Assembly (NCBI GenBank): GCA_964369675.1
Contig: CAYJHE010000001.1
Coordinates: 1 to 54,958, forward strand
Reading direction: 5' to 3'
Length of the DNA stretch: 54,958 nucleotides
Origin: an uncultured Desulfovibrionaceae bacterium
GTDB taxonomy: Bacteria > Desulfobacterota > Desulfovibrionia > Desulfovibrionales > Desulfovibrionaceae
A model generated the notes under the pieces. That model was given only the letters and a program-made list of their open reading frames with translations, did not search any database and was not told where the DNA came from. This document shows, piece by piece, positions 54,675 to 54,958 of this stretch (positions are counted from its first letter, which is position 1; every line of letters begins with the position of its first letter). A program made the translations under genes and the position numbers.

Positions 54675-54780
54675 ATAGGGAGGCGACTGTTCCAGTCTTT
54701 TAACAGAATAGATGTGGCTTCGTCTTCGTATTTTTTTTATTATAAAATTGTATAAAAACTATAAATTAAATGATTATTTT

Positions 54781-54874
54781 CGTAGGGGCGAGCATTGCTC
54801 GCCAGTTAATTTTAATATTATCCAACACAACATTAAATATAAAGCCAAGCGGGAAAGCAATGCTTTCCCCTACG
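54781..54874. repeat. REPIN-like doublet: two inverted GTAG-headed palindromes
   Basis: Left GTAGGGGCGAGCATTGCTCGCC (54782-54803). The right arm read on the minus strand is GTAGGGGAAAGCATTGCTTTCCC (54873-54851). Each arm is itself a hairpin, and a 47-nt AT-rich spacer separates them. Confidence 0.7.
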
Positions 54875-54958
54875 AGTAAAGTTGCCATTGGTCCTCGCTT
54901 GTGAAAACGTGGTTTTCCCCTCTCAAGTTAAATCCTTACTTCTTCTTATCACTCTTTT

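Noticed and set aside
1-54958. Search for CRISPR arrays, prophage or integrative elements, IS transposases, toxin-antitoxin pairs or recognisable defence systems.
   Set aside because: I found no regularly spaced direct repeats and no integrase, transposase, recombinase or phage structural ORFs. I also found no small adjacent ORF pairs of TA type. The tRNA-Asn is not flanked by an obvious att-like direct repeat or an integrase.

Overview
AT-rich chromosomal segment from a Gram-negative anaerobe. The evidence for that is Skp/OmpH, an Ami-type amidase, a sigma-54 activator with a matching -24/-12 promoter, AdhE, a 4-subunit 2-oxoacid:ferredoxin oxidoreductase and an anaerobic sulfatase maturase. 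I call about 45 protein genes and one tRNA-Asn(GTT). I saw no transposase, integrase, phage genes or CRISPR array. The left half (about 4.1-26.5 kb) looks like an organosulfur island made of three modules. (a) A sigma-54-controlled TctCBA transporter, a DUF554 protein, a leaderless aryl-sulfotransferase-like protein and a glutaredoxin-fusion protein. (b) An operon of HisD-like dehydrogenase, DegT aminotransferase, CuyA-like PLP lyase, Asp-racemase-like protein, RidA and SulP permease, which reads as a cysteate-type sulfonate desulfonation pathway with an unusual front end. (c) A GntR regulator, anaerobic sulfatase maturase, a second TctABC set and a leaderless Cys-type sulfatase. The middle (29-39.5 kb) holds an IclR regulator plus an operon of Glu/Leu-type dehydrogenase, MFS transporter, OFOR delta-alpha-beta-gamma and ADP-forming acyl-CoA synthetase, divergent from a GltS-like symporter. 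The right part carries envelope glycosylation genes, a YeeE/YedE-TusA pair, skp, a TAXI binding protein, ftsK, a DnaQ-like exonuclease and an amidase. The most unusual single observation is a small zinc-ribbon-like ORF (45544-45780) with an in-frame TGA followed by a SECIS-like hairpin. It lies divergently next to yeeE/tusA and is a candidate unannotated selenoprotein. The last 0.75 kb is non-coding and dense in GC-rich palindromic, REP/REPIN-like elements and a 150-nt rod-like inverted-repeat structure. All functional calls rest on recognised motifs and remembered family features; no database search was possible.
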